Shown here one piece after another: positions 25,776 to 42,372 of a stretch of DNA of 64,000 nucleotides. Numbering within the stretch: position 1 is the stretch's first letter; every line of letters starts with the position of its first letter. This DNA comes from Ramazzottius varieornatus (Eukaryota; Animalia; Tardigrada): contig BDGG01000012.1 of the NCBI GenBank assembly GCA_001949185.1, forward strand, positions 922,973 through 986,972, in the 5' to 3' direction. The notes below the pieces were generated by a model. The model ran no database searches and was not told the origin of the DNA. It saw only the letters and a list, made by a program, of their open reading frames with translations. The position numbers were made by a program, and so were the translations under genes.

Positions 25776-26599
25776 ATGACACCCAAAAGATTCACCGTTG
25801 TTGATGATCCGAAACCAGATACCGTGAGGAGGAGGCTGAAGAGAGCGGCTGAGAAAGGACTACGAGATACTGAGCGCGTTCGAAGCCAGCGTGCCACGCC
25901 TGATCTGGAAGTTATTCCTCTGGAAGAGTCAGTTGACGAGGCGGTCATCCCAGCTGATCAACCTGCACTGGACCCAACTCATCGACACGATGTTGAAGGT
26001 AAGATATGTGCGTCACCCTCGAGTGACGCCCATATCTACCAGCAAGGCACTTCCGGTGAGGCCAACTCGACCCACTTCCCATCTGCTGACCATTGTCTTT
26101 CACCAAGACCTTTATCTTCCTGGTAGACAATGAAAGCCTTACAATCTCTCACCTTAATGTTTGTTTTCCAGTTTTCCTGGAAGACGAGTTCCTCATGGAC
26201 CGGGGAACTATTCCCAAGAAAGACTTCGTCAACTACATCAATACAGCCATGACGAACCTCATGACCGGCCAGCAGCGGAAGGCTTACCCAGAACTGCCCG
26301 AAGATCGAAGAAATCTTCTGGTCCAGCACCTGGAGAACTGCTCCGAGGCAGAAGCCATGGCGTTAGACGAAGATGATATCCCACCCCTGGGAGGCGAAGA
26401 ATGCGAAAACGACGAACTCCGTCCACTAATGAAGAAAACCAAGAAGTTTCTCATCAAGGCAGAAGCAGGCAGGAGCGGGAGTCGCACAAAGGCCATAGCA
26501 TTCGTGCGGACATACTCCAAGAAAGCAGCGTGGAAAGACAAGGATTGGTATCTAAAGATAAGTATGAGAAATGCTGAACCGGAAACCAGTACAGACTGA
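25776..26599 (+). CDS. Unknown two-exon protein (25776-25998, 26127-26599), possibly BEN-domain-like, probably TE-borne
   Basis: A phase-1 GT-AG intron joins the two ORFs in frame. Basic N-terminus; C-terminal helical segment FVNYINTAMTNLMTGQQRKAYPELPEDRRNLLVQHL. Confidence 0.5.
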
Positions 26600-27197
26600 G
26601 CCAAAGCACCAAGCCGGACTTCAGCCATTTTTGGTTTTTTTCCGTTTGAACTGTCTTACCTCCTTTGAATCTGTTATCACTTGAGCTCTTGACTCAAGAT
26701 TCCTCATTATCTTCGCAGTTTTCTCAGTTTAAATAATTTGAACCGTCTTTGCGGTCTCCGTGGCAGATTACCAGCTGTTTTTTTATTGTAATCTTATTCG
26801 CTCCTTTTCTGGAGGTTTTGTTGTTGGTAATTGTTATCTCCTTGATTTTGTACCGCCTTTTCTGGCTCTGTGCTGTTGGCATTTTGTAGCCTTAGTTTTT
26901 CAGATCCTCGTGCACTCTGTCAGAAGTATTTTCCAGATTTTCATAAATCTTTACTGTTGACAGACTTGTGTCTACCAAATCAAATTTCCGACGCTTAAAA
27001 CCACAGACAGGAATGTAAAGGCAATGCTAAATGCGAGAATGCTCTAACAATCAACGACGAGCGAGAATCAAACGACAGACTCACTCGGATAACATTCTGA
27101 CCATTCTGCAAATCCTACTTCTGGCAATGCTCAGATAACATTGCCTGTTCGAATCAACAACGAATCACATTAGCAATGCTGAACAAATCTTTTGTCC

Positions 27198-27999
27198 TTC
27201 AGCATTCGCTTTGGGGTTCATTCCGGGGTTCAGCTGACCGTCAAGTCGGAACGATGCTGCAATCCTGCCCGACCCCATCTCGCAACCCAACACTTTTCTC
27301 CTGTATATAGCGAACACCCACATTGAACACTCCATGCCGAATCCCACCACATCCGAAGCCATCCAACGTGTCCTAAACGGTTACAAGCGACTGGCTTGCC
27401 GGAAGGCCGACCAACGCCTTCCCGTCACTCTCATCCAGCCTGATGCGCCACCTGAGGGACAAGCTGGCAGATACGACCAGGACAAGACCATGTACTGGTC
27501 AGCCTTCACCTTTTTTGGGGCTCTTCCCATCGGCGAATATATCAATCCGTCACCAAAGTCCTACACTCCTCAGCCAACGCTATCGCTCTCCGACGTCCAG
27601 CTCGACAAAGACCTCGTCCGTATCCGTCTTCAACAGTCGAAAACAGACCAGTTCTCCCACGGCTACAGCGTCCGCCTTTCGGCCACCGGGCGCACTGTCT
27701 GCCCCGTCAGAGCAGTAGCCAAGTACCTCCACTACAAGGAAGTTCGCGGACACGAATCAGCACCTTTCTTCCAGTTCGCCTCCGGACAGTTCCTTACCCG
27801 CCAGTCCATCGACTCTACCCCCAAGATGTGCGTCCGAGACGTTCCCAACTCGCACCGCTACTCCTCTCACAGCTTGCGGATTGGCGCAGCCACAGCTGCA
27901 GCCCAGAACGGAGCTAGTCCGCAGTCCATCCAGCCGCGTTGGAAGTCAGCCTGTTTCTCTTCCCATGTCCGATCGGAAGTCCCAGTCATCGGTCTGTAG
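27198..27999 (+). mobile_element. DIRS/Ngaro-type tyrosine-recombinase retroelement relic
   Basis: FFGALPIGE, SKTDQ, CPVRAV, SHSLRIGAATAAA, RWKS motifs. The first catalytic Arg reads Pro and the catalytic Tyr is missing. A possible RNase H C-terminal remnant (FIPGV...) lies just upstream. Confidence 0.8.
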
Positions 28000-28522
28000 C
28001 CATACTAGCCCCACTCGCTTCATCCTGTCATATGTTGCAAACCGCTCTTCTCCTAACTACATATCCTACTCCTTTTCCTTCTATCGTTAGTCCTTTTTGG
28101 GGCTTCGCTGGCTTCTTACGAGCTGAGCAAGCGGGTATTCATGTGCACCAGTGTACGTGGTACTTCAACGCTGCGCAAGCTTGAAGTCGGCAGGTCTCCA
28201 GAAAGTCACTTGGTTCGCGAGTTCGATACACATTAATAGATTTTTCAGATATTGAATAATAATTTTAAATGTGGTTAATGGGCGAACAAGCCTCAGACAG
28301 CCGGCCAACCCAGCGAGCGCAGCTTCTAGGCATACCTCCCATCAGCAGCCATCGATGCCCACTGTCCACCATCAGCTTCCATCTTGCGCTCGCTGACAGA
28401 ATTTCATTTCTGCTTTTGCCGCGTCAGCGATAGAGCTTGACGGCTGGTGTTGGATATGAAGTTGTTGATCAAGCTGCGCGAGCTGTGCGACTTCTTAACT
28501 CAGGCTGGCTATCTCCGATGCA

Positions 28523-29703
28523 GGCGAAGGTACCTCGACGACTTTGGACTGGACGGTACCCTGACGTCTGCAGACATTGACTGTCGTCGTTGCCACATGG
28601 CTCTCCTTCTTCGGCGGTATCACCGGCGGCATCTCCTTCGCACCAAGTATTACTGGGTGTCATTCCTATACCTTGCCTGGATGTGGTACGATCGAGACAC
28701 CAGTAGCCATAGTGGACGACCTGTCCAAACGGCTCGAACCGCCGGAATGTACAACTGTCTTCGCGAGTATTTTCCTGTGAAACTAGTCAAGACGGCTGAC
28801 TTGGACCCTGCCCAAAAACATGTCTTTGGCTATCATCCACACGGTAAATATTCCAGGCGTTAATCAGGAGGGACGTTTCTGAATACTTTGGGTTCTGAAG
28901 GTGTTATGTGCGTGGGAACTATCAAGTTTATGTTAGAGGCGACGAACATCGGGAAGTTGTTTCCGGGTATTCGTTTCACGGTGCTGACATTGAAGCTTTT
29001 GCACTATCTACCGTTTTACCGGGAGTACATCAGTGCGATGGGGTATTGTGATGTCAGCAAGGAAAGCATCAGCTACCTGTTCCGGAAGAAGGGCATCGCA
29101 GTGGTCATTCTAATAGGTGGCGCCAAAGAAGCGCTGGATGCTAACCCAAAGGAAACTTGCGTGGTGCTAAAGGAAAGGAAAGGCTTGGTAAAAGTCGCTG
29201 TCAAACTCGGGTGAGAAATACCACGCAACGCATCTCGAAGAATCAGAGGGAACTCTCCTGTTGTTTTTCCAGAGCGCATTTGTGTCCAGTTTATACTTTC
29301 GGTGAGAACGACATCTTACGCCTAGCGCTGCACAACAAGCCCGGGTCTCGTGTAAGGAAGTTTCGACGGCTGTTCCAGAAAGTTATAGGTTACGCACCAA
29401 TCGTGGTGGTCGGTCGGGGAATCTTTAACTATACGTTCGGATTCATACCATATCGAGTTCCTATCATTAGCGTTGAAGCGTGTCGTCTTCTCAGTTCCAC
29501 TTTGTGCTTCATGATCTAGCAGAAAAAGAATGAAGCTGCTCTTTGTCTTGGGCAAACCGATTCCCGTGGAAGAGGACGAGAATCCAACACAAGACAAAAT
29601 TAACGGAGTGCATCAGCATTACATGAAAGAACTCAAAGAACTTTTCGACAATAACAAGGCGAAATACGGATATCAAGACCAGACATTGGAGTTCATCGAG
29701 TAA
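28523..29703 (+). pseudogene. DGAT2/MOGAT paralogue, probably pseudogenised
   Basis: Retains YFPVKL, FGYHPHG, IGGAKEA, YTFGEND and GKPIPV. The N-terminus reads VP*RLQTL (in-frame TGA), with a frameshift before TKYYW. The last intron lacks GT and AG at the positions used by the intact copy. Confidence 0.75.
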
Positions 29704-29787
29704 CGCTGATCTTCTGAAATTACACGAATATTTACCACAGCACCATCTAAAGAATCATTACGAGGCGGACGACATGATTCTGCCGTA

Positions 29788-30420
29788 CACGCACGATGGG
29801 TTAATATGGGACAGTAAAAGGTATGGGACAGGAGGATTTACATCTTGAACTAATTTACTTTCTTCCAGAGACGCTCTCGAATTCAAATCTTTTCTGTAAT
29901 CCGTATCGTTTCTGTTTCCATAATGTCTCAGCCCTTCAAGACCAAGCTCCTGTGACTTTTGAAAGTACGGTTGTTCCGGCAAAACAGTGCGCTATTTGCT
30001 GTTATAAATCGACATTTCGAGCTCCTTGGCGGCTTGGCCTAATACTCAGGGTGTGTTTTGCACGATATGCTCCTGTTGTGTGAGTCAGCAGCTAGCGGCA
30101 GCATGGGAAGCTCTTCCGCCCATCAATCTGACCACTGTGAGCATGTGTCAGTCAGAGCGAACAAACGATGTGATACGAGCTCTGGTACCAGCGTGCTGAA
30201 ACGTCACGTTGTGAACAGCCAATCAAAACTGAGTCTAATAAAAGGGCCTATACTTTTTACTGTCTCATACTGACCCATCGCCATCGTGCGTGTACGTACA
30301 GCAAAGTAGCCAGGCTTTCAGTGCTGGTTTTTACAGCTAGAAGGAATCACCGCCCGTGCCGCCATAGCGAAAAGATCTATCCCATACTTTTTACTGTCCC
30401 ATACTTACCCATCGTGCGTG
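29788..30420. mobile_element. TA-target MITE (CACGCACGA TIR), composite with two right ends
   Basis: Left end TA|CACGCACGATGGGTTAATATGGGACAGTAAAAGGTATGGGA. Right ends at 30292 (TCGTGCGTG|TA) and 30420 (TCCCATACTTTTTACTGTCCCATACTTACCCATCGTGCGTG). Confidence 0.85.
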
Positions 30421-30422
30421 TG

Positions 30423-30780
30423 CTGTAAACTCGACAAGATTAGTTTCCCGAATTGGCGCACGTTTCAGGTGTTATTAGCTAAGGACGTGCGTCACTTGAG
30501 AAACCGCTCCGTTCTTGATTCCTTTCCGCCTGACCGCGATTCGGAGCACTGGAATCCAAATCTGAGTTTAAGCCTTGGACCGGAATTTCGCTCGTCGAAA
30601 GTCGGTTTTCCGCAGTGGAATTTCTAGTTTTCGCGCAGTTTCACTCAAGCAGTCTTCGAGAGATCAGCAAGCTAACTCCACGGGATTGTTTTTCCAGGTG
30701 GCGCAAACAATAACAGATTCTCAATGTTTGACTGGCTAAAAGCGTACGCCACTTGGAAAACCATCCTACTGAGCATGTCA
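30423..30780. repeat. Two copies of the ~107-bp palindromic element (cores near 30438-30507 and 30683-30766)
   Basis: TTGGCGCA-N27-TGCGTCACTTG, and GATTGTTTTTCCAGGTGGCGCA-N39-TACGCCACTTGGAAAACCATCC. Confidence 0.65.
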
Positions 30781-31905
30781 ACCGGGGCCAAGCCGAGCCT
30801 CTGAGTGATTTTCGCCTTCTATACCAGTACTGCAGTTCTGGAATTCCGATCTTTGATCTGGCCGTTTTCGAAAACGGAGAATAGGAATGGAGCGGTTTTC
30901 CCTTCGAATTCTTTTCCGGCTGCAGGGCGAAGCGCAGGCGGAATGCGTTTCCTTAGTTTGCAATCCGTCTTTTGAGTTTCGGTTCATTTTAGTCTCCGGC
31001 TCTGGGCGTCAGAAGACTGGGACTGCGCTGCCCAAAGAGGAGGACGGCGGAAATCGATGGGTCGTCGAGAACCTCAACCTGCGCCTGCCGTACCGCTCTT
31101 CCAGGTAACCTTAACTATATTGTAACTGCAAGATGGAGGAACGGCCATACCTGGACGCAAAGAGCGCGAGCAAATGTCAGCAGCTACTGTCAGCCTCAGT
31201 GATACCGCATTATTTACCGCGATTGCCCTTATCGTTAACTTATCAAGCATGCACCGGCAATTTATGATCGACCATGAAAGTAAGTGATTAACCACTGACT
31301 TGAGCTCCGAGCTCGGCTTTGCGAGACGACTTTACACCTACGAAAAATGATAAGACAAGGCGACGTGTTATGTGTGTCTTTAATACTTTCATTTTATACA
31401 TCAGCGCAGTGGACTGGTGAACGCCCAAAGCAAGAAGCACAAGACGGATGCGCGAGGACGGAGGCCATCAGGTAAGCCATTCTTTTTGTCAAGACGAGAT
31501 GGCGAACTCGCTGGCTCCACGCTGTTGTCTAATGCTGAGCAGCACTTGCAGCTCATCGCCGCTAATTTGTTAGTTTAATTCTGACCTCTTTAGCTTTTTA
31601 CGCAATCTTGGCAGGTTACAACTTGAGAGCAACACCCCATTCGACGAGCGCGATCGGCCCTGCTAGTACACAGTTATTGCAAGGTATCTGCCCAATGCCC
31701 AAATTTCATGGCGGTTCTTGAGAGCTACCTTCCAACTCTAGAGTTTACAATGGGGCAATGATGCAATTCATTGACTGTGAATTTGTTTATCTATCGCATT
31801 CCTTTTTCAATGTCGCTGCTCTTTGCCTTCAACCTAGGCTGCGACCCGGAATTTGGATACGTTTGAGGATCAGGGAACTTTCCGCTTCCCCGAACCGGAC
31901 CAACT

Positions 31906-37047
<5,142 letters not shown>

Positions 37048-37714
37048 GTTTTGATTTTGCGCGATGGTTTAGTGATAGAGCATGCACTTTTGCTCAATGT
37101 CTTGTCTTTTATTTGAATGGTTTAAGTTTCATGAATGGAAAATTGAAACCTAACAGTGATTTTATAGTACTTTATTTATAGTAACTACTGTACTTTCACG
37201 CTACCAGTCCACGCTGCCTGCAGTCGAGGTCTTCGTTATTAGGCATTCCGCTCACGTAGCTTCACTTGATCGTATAATTGTATCAAATTATTCCTGTCGA
37301 AATAATTTCAGTGACCATGTCGAGACTTCATGGCAAAGGTTCTAAGAACATGAGGGAACCCAGTCCGATATCTGTAAGGCGGATTCGTTGTCACACTCAG
37401 CCTTAAAGTTGTTGAGTAATACTGTTGTAATATTACATGACATGACACGACACGACAGGTATGACTGGGCAATTGACGACGGCTATCGGCGGACTATGTC
37501 AGCGCCTCAGCGGCGTAATAACGCTCCCACTTGACATTTCTTACAGGAATACGGGATCCTGTACTCCGAGTATTTTCCTCCTGTAAGCCTGTTACCTTTC
37601 CAGACTTCCAGGGTTTATGTACGAAGCTCTAAGCTGAACGAACTGCAACAAGTACACCACCGTCTGCAGGCAGCCCCGTTGGACAACTCGCAGATTCGCG
37701 CGCGTTTACTTACC

Positions 37715-40700
37715 ATGGATTCGTCGTCCGTCTCCACTCCGTACAGAACTGCTGTTGAATCTTCTCCACTCGCGTATCGGACGAAAGGTAAGTCTGATTG
37801 TCCTTGCATCATAAGACCACTTTCAAGTCTTTCGCATTGGTTGCAGGTGACAGAAACAGAGCGGCGAAAGACGCGTTGCGCGCTAAAGTCAGCCACAGTC
37901 TGCGCCAAATTTCTTCGCTTAACGAAACAACATCAGCAACCTGCTCCTGCCTCAACCTGCTCAGTCTGAAAGATGCTCCCGCTGCTCTGCTGCACTTGTT
38001 GACAGGAAGTGTCTGCGGAGCCCTGTGTCAGCGAGGCAAGTCGCTGATCAAATGCAGTCAACCGCTAACCAACGCCGAATGCATCATACGCTTCTCTCCC
38101 AGCCGAGGCGCGTTAGTCCCTCTCTGCTCAGCTCACCAACGTCAACTTCAAGCTCACATGATTTGTCCGATCTGTGGCATCTTCATTGAAGGTGGAACCG
38201 TCGCAGCCTGTGTACAAGAAGGTCTCGACGGGCAGAGAGAGACTCACTTGTTCCACCGGAAGTGTCTTCAGAGCACTATGCAAAACAAGGTCCTGTTCTC
38301 ATCCAGCAGTTGTCCGCACTGTGGTTGCTCAGTCGAGAAAGCAGTTTCTGTCACAGTTCAGACTGTCGGAAGCCAGGACATGCGATTCGAAGCGGAGTCG
38401 TTTGAAACTGTGCTTGTACGAGACACAGCACAGAAGATTCCTCCTCTCCTCAAAGACATTTCCTTACAACATAGCGTCATCGACACGAAGCTCTTACAAG
38501 AACGCAGTGCAATCATCAAGACACTGCAAGAACGTAATTCAGTTTTCAGTTCGAAGGATCTGCAAAGACTGAACAGCTTAACAGATCTTCTGCGGAAAAA
38601 TAAGGTTTCCGTCTTTCTGCGGTCTCCTATAGAGCAGCTCGTAGTCGAGGACGATCTGGAAGGAATTTTGTCGTACTGCGTCAGTAACGCTCCTTTCGAC
38701 GCCGGAAACAAGCATCTCCACGAAGCGTATGCTGCTCTAGCCAAAGCTATTTCACTGGGGAACGTCTTATGTGTCCATGTTCTTCAAAGTAGTGGACTGA
38801 AGATGGACGAGCCCGGTTCGGACGGAAGAACTCCAATTATGCAGGCTGTTCTGGAGGGGCAGATGAAGATTGTACAATATCTCGTGGAGCAAACGAGATG
38901 TGATATGGACAAGAAGGATAGTAACGGGGAGAGTGCCGTGCAGATTCTGCTGAAGATGGAGGACTATGGCACCATTTGTGATGTGCTAGAGTCGGAGCTG
39001 GCGACTCCTTCATTCATAGAGTACCTAACGGCTCCGCAGAACGGAGCAAGTGTACCTTTGGACATGCGAGCTTACGCTGAACGGTTTGATTTCTCGAACG
39101 GAAATCCTTGGGAGAGCTTCCGGAAGGCTGTCCAAAGAGACGACGTGGATCAAGCGTGCTTGGTTCTGCTGTCGAACTCGGCGGACATCCTGAAACGATC
39201 CAAAGAAGAACTGATGGATCTATGCCGGTAAGAAAAACAGTCCATAGAATGATGCTAAAGATGTACCAGCATACAAATCGGGAAACCTGTAATAAATTAT
39301 ATAATTCATGGAGACTCGGCAAACAAGCTAGACAAGACCATTTTGCACGTGGCGTACGCTTCCAGCCACTAACACTGAAACCTTGCGCCACTTGGGAAAC
39401 CGATTCTCCGGGTTTTCTTTGTCGAGTTCCCCAAGTTGAGAGAAAAGAATATCTCATGGAATAGCATGTTATAAAATGATACAATAATATGTTTTATATC
39501 AGTAAAATAAATCTTCATGGTCTTTAGGAACCAGCAAGCGTTATGGGAAATGATCGAAGGCATGTGGCACGCCATGTCCGACAACTTCGTCATCGTCCCC
39601 GACATCTCGTTCGGTAAAGAGCGCATCCCCGTACCTGTGGTCGGAACGCCTGCCACCGTCAACTCGGTCGACGACATGGCTTCGCTCAAGTGCTTCACCT
39701 ACGTCCGCGACTGCGTCTTCCCGGACGGAGCGACGACGTCCATGGTGGCCAAGAACTTCAGCTCATGCGCCTGCGGCCACCGCTGCATTCCTGAATCGTG
39801 TGAGTGTCGAAGTCTGGGTTCGCGAGAGTATAAGAACGACCTCTTGCAGCTACGTCCACCGCAAGATGAGAACACTGTCATTTTTGAATGCACTGAGTTA
39901 TGTAGTTGCGGACCAGACTGCGGGAACAGAGTCGTGCAGAAAGGCGTTACATGCTCGTTCCAAGTCCAAAAAACCCAAAACCGTAAGCTTCGTCTGCTTC
40001 TCCGTGCTTGATTACCTGGTTAGCGAAGCCTGTCGCATTTTGATTTTAGGTGGATGGGGACTCTTTGCGGCTTCGTTCATTCCTGAAGGGTCGTACTTGG
40101 GAGACTACTGTGTATGTTAGACTTCGTATATGGGCGAACAAGACGTGCATTGGTGTCTCAAGCGCCGCATGTTTCATTGTTACTGGCTTGAAGCTTGCGA
40201 ACTTGAAAAGACGATCCTGTACGTTTTGTATGCGGGTCTCCCATTTAGTGATCGTGGTAGATTACTAAATATACTAAATAGGGGCTTTCAATTTGTAGGG
40301 AGAAATCATTCGGGACGAGGAAGCCAACGAACGAAAGCACCGGGATGTCTACCTGTTCGAGCTCAGCAACAGCGACGGCAAAGCTGAAGAGGTGTTCTGT
40401 GTTGATGCTTGTCAGTATGGGAACATGACGCGCTTCATGAACCATAGCTGCGAACCTAACGCCATACCCTTCTGGCTCTTCGCTGACTCTCAAGACCAAC
40501 GGTACCCTAGGATCGCCATATTCTCCAGCAAAAGCATCGAAAAAGGCGAAGAGGTTTGTAGTGAAGCACTTGGACGGAACTGTTATAATCACTGATGAAA
40601 TCTAAGTGAAATATGAAATCGTTTAATCAAATACTGAATACTTGAAATGGTTGAACCAGTCAAGATGAAAGATCGTAGTATTGATCTGGTACAAAAGGGT

Positions 40701-40961
40701 TATGTGGGTCGAAAGAATACTGGATTGGAGTGGAATTCTCTTTTGCAGATCTGCTTCGACTACGGCAAAGGCTTTTGGAAAATGAAGGCGTCCGAGTTTA
40801 ATTGTCAATGTGGCTCGTATGTGTGTTACTACCGCGATTCCGCCGCACGACACACAACGAACGCCACTTCAGCTACAACAAAAGTGACAAAAACACTGCC
40901 CTTGGGACGAAAGAGGTCAACCACGCGAGTTCCACAAACCCACAGTAAGTCTGTTCGCTAG
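37715..40961 (+). CDS. G9a: Histone H3K9 methyltransferase G9a/EHMT-like
   Basis: Cys-rich domain (HMICPICG...HLFHRKC...CPHCG), ankyrin repeats (GRTPIMQAVLEG), DISFGKERIPVP, pre-SET cysteines, SET motifs GWGL, RFMNHSCEPN, FDYG, post-SET CQCGSYVC. Start codon tentative. Confidence 0.88.
39318..39424. repeat. ~107-bp palindromic element (G9a intron)
   Basis: GTGGCGTA-N27-TGCGCCACTTGGGAAACCGAT. Confidence 0.65.
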
Positions 40962-41367
40962 TTAGAGACCGGAAGTGTGTCGTTCGGTATCGGCCATCAA
41001 TCGAGATTGTCTGTTACCTAAAATAATGAGGGATAACTACTCTTGCCATGTTTCCTACGCTTTGCTCGTTGATCTCGTAAAGCTGAAAGTTTTTCCCGGC
41101 AAGAACGGCTGGGACTTTGCCTTCTCACTATCCCCCTGACCTTGGGCTTTTTCTCCGTCGCCCGGGTTGGTAATTGGGAAAACGGTTTTGTATAGTTTTT
41201 ATCGAACATCACGGAACAGTGTAAAAGTTGTCAGGATAAGTACGTGATTATCACGATTGTGGCTTTTTCCACCTTATGTGTGTCAAACTTACGTAGTCGG
41301 TAGGACCATCAACTGACCGTAGCACATACCTCTCGCAAGCCGTGTATCGGAAGATTCTTGTAACGCT

Positions 41368-41708
41368 GACAAAGGACTTGAACATGGTCGTTTTTTCCAA
41401 GTGGCGTATCTCCTCTACCAGTAGCAATGAAAACGTGCGCCACTGGAGATAACGATCTTGTTCATTTCACTGGCCGACGTCCCGATTTCGTGCACTCTCG
41501 CATATGGGAACGCATGCAGTAAGTAAGCTATCACTTTCGGTTACTCGATCGATTTGTCTTCTTCTTCATCCAGATGTAAGTGAGGCGACATTTGGAACGT
41601 CGGCAGATGTCTTGAACATGATCGTTTTACCAAGTGGCGCACACCTTCAGGCACAACCAATGAAATCTTGCGCCACTTGGGATAACGATCATGTTCAATT
41701 CATTTGCC
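41368..41708. repeat. Two copies of the ~107-bp palindromic element (41368-41475 and 41602-41708)
   Basis: Best copy: TTGAACATGATCGTTTTACCAAGTGGCGCA-N27-TGCGCCACTTGGGATAACGATCATGTTCAA (28 of 30 positions paired). Confidence 0.8.
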
Positions 41709-42372
41709 AACCTCCCATTTCTGTACCTTGGACAGTTCATCAGATCCTTGAGCCTTAACCCTTGACCAATTTTTACAAAAAGAAGGATGCTGAAGACCTT
41801 TGATGAATGATAGAGGGGAACCTGTTCGGCCGGTACGCTGAGGAGTCGGGCAGGAACAAGGAAATTGGAGACCCTAAAGCTAGTCCTTTGATATCGGGCA
41901 TCAGCTGAAGTTCGTTACATAAGTGAATGGGCTGTGCATAATCTTGCCACGTTTCGTGCGATTGCCTTTCGATCTCGTAAAGCTCAAAGTCCTGGCAGAA
42001 GCCATGGGTCTTTTCCTTCAGAAAACCTTCCTGAACTTGAAGGTAGAGTTTGCGCCATTCTGTCCGCAAAACCCGAGGTTGTATCAAGCTTTATCAAGCA
42101 TCTATCACTATTGTACAAGTAATCGGGGTTTGTCAATCTCTGTAAAATGCCAACACACGAGCTACTTTCGAGCATTTCAAACTTTCAAGTTTCTCCACAA
42201 TAAGAAAATACTTCTCAAAACCAGACAAACTCTCCGTGTGCAACAAAAAATACTGTGAATGTTCTTGTGCGTGAATTGAAACTGAATAATGGAGCACAAC
42301 AATAATTTAGTATACAGGTTTTTAAGTTAGCTTCGGGGCAAATGAAGGATCACAGAGATGAACGGCTTATGA

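Noticed and set aside
31838-31905. N-terminal extension of myosin IC, as in the nuclear myosin I isoform
   Set aside because: An in-frame TGA lies upstream of the ATG within the same exon.
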